From an uncultured virus (IMG/VR IMGVR_UViG_3300032030_000042) (lineage: Duplodnaviria > Heunggongvirae > Uroviricota > Caudoviricetes), in IMG/VR virus record IMGVR_UViG_3300032030_000042: a stretch of 32,380 nucleotides of DNA. One strand, 5' to 3'. Shown here one piece after another: positions 27,217 to 32,380 of this stretch; the stretch's first letter is position 1; every line of letters begins with the position of its first letter. Both the position numbers and the translations under genes were made by a program. The notes under the pieces are model-generated. The model saw only the letters and a list, made by a program, of their open reading frames with translations. It ran no database searches and was not told the origin of the DNA.

Positions 27217-28926
27217 TTATTCTTTTGTTAAATAATTATCAAATGCTTTAATTAATTGAGCGTGGAAAGATTTCTCTTCGTAATCATCAAATGGATTTTC
27301 ATCTTTATTCCATTCAGAGTAATCAATGAAGTTCTCATCGGTTTCTTCGTCACCCTGCTCTTCTTCTTCATCACCGCCCATACTACCCATGCCACCCTGC
27401 ATTGCGGCTTGCTGTTGACGCATTGCTTCTTGATTCTTATTTGAAAGGAATGCACTATTTGCAGGAATATCACCACCCTCCAGAGGTTTCATGTCATATT
27501 TCTCACGCACCTCATTAATAGTAGCAAAATTCTGCATACGTTTAATATCCATATCAAGTTCCTCATCAATCGTCATGCCATTCAAACCAACGAACATTAA
27601 CTCAAAGTCTGGATTGATTTGTTCAACGATATATTTGTTGATTTTCTTTTGCAAGAATTTCAACAACGGATATAAACCTTTATCTTTGGAATGCTGTAGT
27701 CGTTCACTTTGACTGCCCTCAAATAAACCGCTATTGCCGGAACCACGGCTAATATCCCAACCGATTTCCGTTGGGTCAATAGTGTAAACTGCACAAGCGA
27801 TTTTAATCAAGTATTCCATCCAAGCGGAATACTCCATATCACGATTATTATGCTGCAGGTCAATCCAATCAACATCAGCCTGAACAACTGGCGTCTTCCA
27901 CGCTTGCATAACACCAGTTATCATTGACTGCCACTGTTGACGGAATTGCTGTAATGCCGCTTCGTTATTAGTTCCCTTAACTCTCAATAATCCCTTTGGT
28001 ACACTACCCTGACTGAAGAAGCGACGATTATATTCATCACTCCAAAGCATGGCGGTAACAACGTTGATTAAGTCTTCTAGTTCAGAAACACCATATCCAT
28101 TACTATAAATTGAAGTAGAAGGATTGCGAACCCCAAAGCACAATTCCCAGGGATAGAATTCATTTACCTTTGCTGAATTATAAACCTGAACGAAACTTGG
28201 GTAATATCCATCAATCTTTTTTCCAAAATCTTCTTTTCTATTCCAAACGGCTGCTCCGTTACGACGGAAGAAGTCATTATTGTAATCTTCGGCAAAATAA
28301 CTATCAGCAATACGGAAAGTAGAAGCATCAGTTGCAATAAAACTCTCAATCTGACCCCTGCGGTTTCGTATTACTTCAAAGGTCATCTGGTCATAGGTTA
28401 ATGAATCGTCAACAAGTTTACGAACAAACGTATCAAAATCATCACCACTCCAAGCACCTACATTACCGCCACGCAAAAGAAATTCCGTAATTCCAAACGC
28501 AATCTTCTTATCCTGAGCAGTCATCTTTACTTCTTCGCCATTACGTGTTTTACGACGGATAATAAAACCAGTAGAATATTTGTTTTCCTGAGGTTCAGCA
28601 AAATCTGCCACCTGAGTTTTACGTGTTTTGATAATGCTATTAATGATAGGTACTTTCGACATTCGCTTCAGCGTCATATATGACAGACTATATGGCTTGT
28701 CTTTGTAACCTAAATTAGCATTAAACTCCAATGGGTCAATAAAAAATGCTTTTGGTTCTACTTCCGATTGTTGACTTTTTTGTATAGCGTTATAAACCTC
28801 GTTTGCCTTTATCATATCAGCAGGCGAATCGGAGCGGAATGCTTTCTCCATCACCCGAAAACGTTTTGCTTTCAGATGTTGCTCCGCTTTCGACAATGCG
28901 TCTAACTGTTGTGCGTAACTACTCAT
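27217..28926 (-). CDS. Portal protein
   Basis: FVRKLVDDSLTYDQ, YGVSELE, FFSQGSVPKGLL, DMEY..W.EYLI and IDPTEIG motifs typical of SPO1/Twort-like portals. Confidence 0.93.
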   Translation of the reverse strand: MSSYAQQLDALSKAEQHLKAKRFRVMEKAFRSDSPADMIKANEVYNAIQKSQQSEVEPKAFFIDPLEFNANLGYKDKPYSLSYMTLKRMSKVPIINSIIKTRKTQVADFAEPQENKYSTGFIIRRKTRNGEEVKMTAQDKKIAFGITEFLLRGGNVGAWSGDDFDTFVRKLVDDSLTYDQMTFEVIRNRRGQIESFIATDASTFRIADSYFAEDYNNDFFRRNGAAVWNRKEDFGKKIDGYYPSFVQVYNSAKVNEFYPWELCFGVRNPSTSIYSNGYGVSELEDLINVVTAMLWSDEYNRRFFSQGSVPKGLLRVKGTNNEAALQQFRQQWQSMITGVMQAWKTPVVQADVDWIDLQHNNRDMEYSAWMEYLIKIACAVYTIDPTEIGWDISRGSGNSGLFEGSQSERLQHSKDKGLYPLLKFLQKKINKYIVEQINPDFELMFVGLNGMTIDEELDMDIKRMQNFATINEVREKYDMKPLEGGDIPANSAFLSNKNQEAMRQQQAAMQGGMGSMGGDEEEEQGDEETDENFIDYSEWNKDENPFDDYEEKSFHAQLIKAFDNYLTKE

Positions 28927-28956
28927 ATAAATTTTATACTACTTTTTTACTTTGAG

Positions 28957-28966
28957 TTTATAACTG
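28957..28966 (-). promoter_or_regulatory. Candidate late-promoter motif CAGTTATAAA
   Basis: Lies between a terminator and the portal start codon. Confidence 0.5.
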
Positions 28967-28967
28967 T

Positions 28968-28992
28968 AAAAGGACGCTGTTATTGCGTCCTT
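28968..28992 (-). terminator. Rho-independent terminator
   Basis: Minus strand AAGGACGC-AATAACA-GCGTCCTTTT. Confidence 0.7.
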
Positions 28993-29023
28993 ATCGTTAC
29001 GATTACAAATATTTCTTATGAAA

Positions 29024-29353
29024 TCACATGAAGGAATTGAATTTACTCCTTATCATACTTTCCAATCCAACATCGTAAATGATATAGAACTTTCCAAGTG
29101 TTTCATGCAATACAATTGCTTCATTATTGTATTCCCAAAGCGTTGTATTATCATCAAAAGAAGTTACCTCAACCCCATCATTAACCTTAATATCGTTGAC
29201 TAAATTTTTAAACGCTTCTAATTCTATCGCATCTGTAAAGCATTCATCAGTAAGACAGCGTAAACACTTCGCTGACGTATCCATCTCAGTTGCTACTAAC
29301 TGTAAATTAATATCAAGCGGTTCTTTTAAGTTACAAACTTTTAATGTTTTCAT
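29024..29353 (-). CDS. Hypothetical protein
   Basis: 109 aa ORF with ATGA coupling to the glycosyltransferase gene. Confidence 0.65.
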   Translation of the reverse strand: MKTLKVCNLKEPLDINLQLVATEMDTSAKCLRCLTDECFTDAIELEAFKNLVNDIKVNDGVEVTSFDDNTTLWEYNNEAIVLHETLGKFYIIYDVGLESMIRSKFNSFM

Positions 29354-30192
29354 ATTTCTTTTTTGATTTTACTCCAATTAACTACAACATCAAGCATTTC
29401 CTTACCCTCCATTTCACCATGCCAATTCTTATTGTTACGTCTTTTTATTTTAACGACACCAGGAAAGCGTTTAGCCATACTTTTAGCAACATTATTCATC
29501 ATATCTATGGTCCTGTAATAACTGCAACCTCCCTGACTATTACTGCCGTTCAGTTTATCAAACGACCAGCGATTAGTAACAAGAATATCATACCCCATAC
29601 GACGAACAGCAATTCCCGTAACAAAATCCTGCTTAATAGGATATTCAGACATGAATAAATCATTCTTCTTACAATAATACTTTCGAGTATCTAAACCCCA
29701 AATAGCAAAGAAACGCTTATTAAATTCATCATCAGGCATATTATCCCTATTAAAAGGACGAAATGACGGAGCCGATATAGCAATATTTTCAACATCAAGT
29801 ACATCCCAAAGAAAATTGAACATCTGTATCTGATGAAAACGTATCTCTTCGGCTGTAAAGTTATCATCGTTCAAAACTCTCGGTGTCTTATATTTACTAA
29901 GCATACGAACGGAAAAACTAACATTATCATCAATAAAGATGATTTTATGCTTCGGAGCATTCCACGCTAACCACTCACGCACTTCGCTTAAATTAGTACA
30001 TGACTTATCATATTCTTCAATCAAACGAACCTTACCACCCCAATTACGTTCATGCGCCTTCTTTTCACCAGGATGACAATATACGCAAACCGATTTACGA
30101 ACATCTGGATGAAGACGCATCAACGTTTTTTGTCCATCAATGCGTCCCCTCGTTGTTAAAACGATATATATATCTTTCCTTAAACGTTCCAT
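29350..30192 (-). CDS. GREB1/TAGT-like GT-A glycosyltransferase
   Basis: IVLTTRGR, VYCHPGE, LSEVREWL, IIFIDDN, KQDF, SQGGCSYYR and KRFPGVVK. Confidence 0.8.
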   Translation of the reverse strand: MERLRKDIYIVLTTRGRIDGQKTLMRLHPDVRKSVCVYCHPGEKKAHERNWGGKVRLIEEYDKSCTNLSEVREWLAWNAPKHKIIFIDDNVSFSVRMLSKYKTPRVLNDDNFTAEEIRFHQIQMFNFLWDVLDVENIAISAPSFRPFNRDNMPDDEFNKRFFAIWGLDTRKYYCKKNDLFMSEYPIKQDFVTGIAVRRMGYDILVTNRWSFDKLNGSNSQGGCSYYRTIDMMNNVAKSMAKRFPGVVKIKRRNNKNWHGEMEGKEMLDVVVNWSKIKKEI

Positions 30193-31325
30193 TACACGAC
30201 TTTTGTACGTGGGCTGAACTTACTTCTCTGCTTTCCTTCGCCGATAGTCATTTTCCAATACTTTTGAAATTCACACAACCACATTTCTATTTGATGAAGC
30301 GTAATATTGCACTTATTGGTTGTGTAATATTTATTCTTCTTTTTATCGTACTCTAAATATGGAAAACTTTGTCCATTCACCGCTACCTTTTCAAGCATTT
30401 CATCAGCCATATCACGTAAACGATAAATGCCTTCCTTTTGTTGTTTACCCTTTAAATTCGGAAAAATTAAACGAATACCGACAGACGCTCCTGGTCCGAC
30501 ATTGGTATAGTCGTTCTGGTCAAAACGCATAAAGCGACGATTAGTGTAGCGTGGTATGTAAGTGAAGTCTTGATAATATTCATGAGCAATGAAATTAGCA
30601 ACCGCAGGAAGTGTAGTCAGGAACGATATAATTTCCTCAGGTGTGTTAGCGGTTATAACAGTGCTTATAATTTCACTCATACGTCTGTGTATAGTCGGTA
30701 TTACAGACCTTGTATAGCAGTAATCACGGCTCTGTCCAGGAGTAGCTATACTGTTAATTAAATATGCCGTAGTGAACGGATTTTTACCGACGCTGCGTAT
30801 TCCAGCAATAAACCTTACAAATTCCTCCTCATCATACTCATCGTAATCGGGGATACCATTTTTCCATTTAGTTGCCGGAATAAGTTCTGTAGTATCATTT
30901 GCCTGACGCAATCCGGATTTAACCGCATCACCAAATAGATTTGTTTGTAATGATTTGCCTTTTGGGTCAAAAGTGAATGTTTCGGGATTATTAAAGGTAC
31001 GAAACACCATTAATTTCCAAATCAAATTTTTAAGCGAAAGTGACTGGTCTAATAGGATGTTGTTAATTTGCCATTGACTGTTGCGGTCTAATTCCCTATA
31101 TACATTAGTGAATTTATAATCACGTAATATGATATTTGTTGTCCATGGAGCAGGACGCTTTTCAATAAAACGACGTTTCCAAACCATTTGTCGCTCATAC
31201 ATCGTCTGGAAGAATAAAAGTAAGTTTTCTTCACAAACATTTAATTTTTCATCCGGCAAGTTTTTATACCAACTGTAATCTTCAAACATAAAATTATAAA
31301 GTTTTTGTGTTTTTACGAATTTCAA
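30192..31325 (-). CDS. aGPT-Pplase1 / 5-hmdU DNA kinase helical-domain family protein (DNA hypermodification)
   Basis: ERQ.VW..R...PAPWT.N.IL..YKFTNVYRELDR signature, plus FR.FN, AY, F.A..Y.QD, GPGA..GI and IEMWLCEFQKY. Confidence 0.85.
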   Translation of the reverse strand: MKFVKTQKLYNFMFEDYSWYKNLPDEKLNVCEENLLLFFQTMYERQMVWKRRFIEKRPAPWTTNIILRDYKFTNVYRELDRNSQWQINNILLDQSLSLKNLIWKLMVFRTFNNPETFTFDPKGKSLQTNLFGDAVKSGLRQANDTTELIPATKWKNGIPDYDEYDEEEFVRFIAGIRSVGKNPFTTAYLINSIATPGQSRDYCYTRSVIPTIHRRMSEIISTVITANTPEEIISFLTTLPAVANFIAHEYYQDFTYIPRYTNRRFMRFDQNDYTNVGPGASVGIRLIFPNLKGKQQKEGIYRLRDMADEMLEKVAVNGQSFPYLEYDKKKNKYYTTNKCNITLHQIEMWLCEFQKYWKMTIGEGKQRSKFSPRTKVV

Positions 31326-31602
31326 ATTCTTTAACGGCTTCCGCCTTACCTTTTGCTCGCATTTTAATTAACACCTTGGTCGGAATATTTCGATATGGGC
31401 GATAATTGCTATCTACTATCCGTGCCGTCCTCATTACTATATTAACTTGCTTTCGCACCTTATCGTCACTAATAAGGTAACACGCTAACATAGGACAATA
31501 TGCTGAACCAAATTGTGCGTAAACCTCAAATCGTTGTTTCCCCCAAGTAGAATTTCTACTATCCATGACGATATCGCCAGAATTATAAGTAACTTTCTTC
31601 AT
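31294..31602 (-). CDS. Hypothetical basic protein
   Basis: 102 aa ORF, first gene after a terminator. Confidence 0.6.
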   Translation of the reverse strand: MKKVTYNSGDIVMDSRNSTWGKQRFEVYAQFGSAYCPMLACYLISDDKVRKQVNIVMRTARIVDSNYRPYRNIPTKVLIKMRAKGKAEAVKEFEIRKNTKTL

Positions 31603-31626
31603 ACTATTAATAACGCTGGCGAAGTT

Positions 31627-31668
31627 AAAAAGAGCGGTGCCCTTAATCTTTTGATTGAAGCACCGCTC
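31627..31668 (-). terminator. Rho-independent terminator
   Basis: Minus strand GAGCGGTGC...GCACCGCTC followed by TTTTT. Confidence 0.8.
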
Positions 31669-31695
31669 ATGAAAAAGTACACTTCTTTTGCAATT

Positions 31696-32380
31696 TTAGA
31701 ATTTCAAACAAGCAGCCTGACGCGGCGTGAGGTCATAGTTCTTTTTATCCTTTACCTGACTAAGAAGTTCAAGAGCCTTGAGGTCTGCGCAAACATTATA
31801 CATTTGGTAAACCAAATCATTATATTCACGACGAGCCGTTGCTTGCTCCTTGCTTTCGGGACGCAACCCATTTTTGTTCTCATCATCTTCAGCGGTGATA
31901 GAATCCTGACGAGCATTCTCGTCGTAATAAACAGCATCCCAGGGATAACGCTTATAACCGCAATCCATAGCAACACCACCAGTCATATATGGGTCGGGCA
32001 ATTCGGTTGGAGCAGCACCGCAATCCTTTAATTTCTCGTCTGCCTGAGCCTTCAAAGAACCGAGGTGAGTAACTAACTCTGGACATACAACGCCTTGTAT
32101 TTGTTGCTTAATTTCGGCTCCTGTTTTAGTAAGTTTAATGGCGTCACTACCATCACTGAAAGCATACATGATGTCGCTTTTAGTAAGTTCAGTCATTTCC
32201 GCACCCTCTTCTGGAGTTAATTCACCACCCATAATGCCTTTTTCAAAGATACGTTCATTTTCTGACTTCCCAATATATCTATCGTAAAGTTCATCAAGTT
32301 TTTTAGCAGGTAATTTTTCAACAACGGATTTAATTTCTTTTTCATCCATTTCTGAAAAATCGACATCTGCTAAACTTTCA
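31696..32380 (-). CDS. Hypothetical protein, 5' truncated; putative internal head protein
   Basis: Frame is open to the window edge (ESLADVDFSEMDEK...); FEKG and LTKS motifs. Confidence 0.7.
   Translation of the reverse strand, partial: ESLADVDFSEMDEKEIKSVVEKLPAKKLDELYDRYIGKSENERIFEKGIMGGELTPEEGAEMTELTKSDIMYAFSDGSDAIKLTKTGAEIKQQIQGVVCPELVTHLGSLKAQADEKLKDCGAAPTELPDPYMTGGVAMDCGYKRYPWDAVYYDENARQDSITAEDDENKNGLRPESKEQATARREYNDLVYQMYNVCADLKALELLSQVKDKKNYDLTPRQAACLKF
32280..32380 (+). repeat. 101-bp exact direct repeat, copy 2 (may extend beyond window)
   Basis: Identical to 22867-22967. Confidence 0.95.

Noticed and set aside
433..32031. Other short plus-strand ORFs
   Set aside because: All lie antisense to well-supported minus-strand genes.

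Overview
This window is a gene-dense, AT-rich segment of a large contractile-tailed (myovirus) phage genome, with all credible genes on the minus strand. Read from 32380 down to 1, it begins with a truncated Lys/Glu-rich protein and a DNA-hypermodification-type pair (aGPT-Pplase1/5-hmdU-kinase helical-domain protein and a GREB1/TAGT-like glycosyltransferase). Next come the portal, a fibre-like protein and a degenerate amidase/holin/spanin-like cluster. These are followed by a MuF head protein, two PIG-L-like deacetylases (one fused to a second glycosyltransferase), an AAA+ ATPase and a HipA/PI3K-like kinase fused to an ADP-ribosyltransferase-like domain. The window ends with a GH108 endolysin plus lipoprotein, prohead protease/scaffold, major capsid, neck and tail-completion genes, sheath, tube, chaperones, tape measure, baseplate hub and a truncated M23 peptidase. 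The head-tail module resembles SPO1/Twort-like phages. The spanin-like genes and mostly Shine-Dalgarno-free, A-rich starts suggest a Gram-negative host, possibly Bacteroidota (inference). Two systems stand out. (1) A glycosyltransferase + deacetylase + aGPT-Pplase1 set embedded in the head module could make an amino-sugar DNA or virion modification. (2) A group of enzymes carries the same hydrophobic-x-K-[A/S/G] motif as the capsid propeptide, suggesting protease-processed, capsid-packaged, injected effectors. All protein assignments come from motif recognition by eye, not from database searches.
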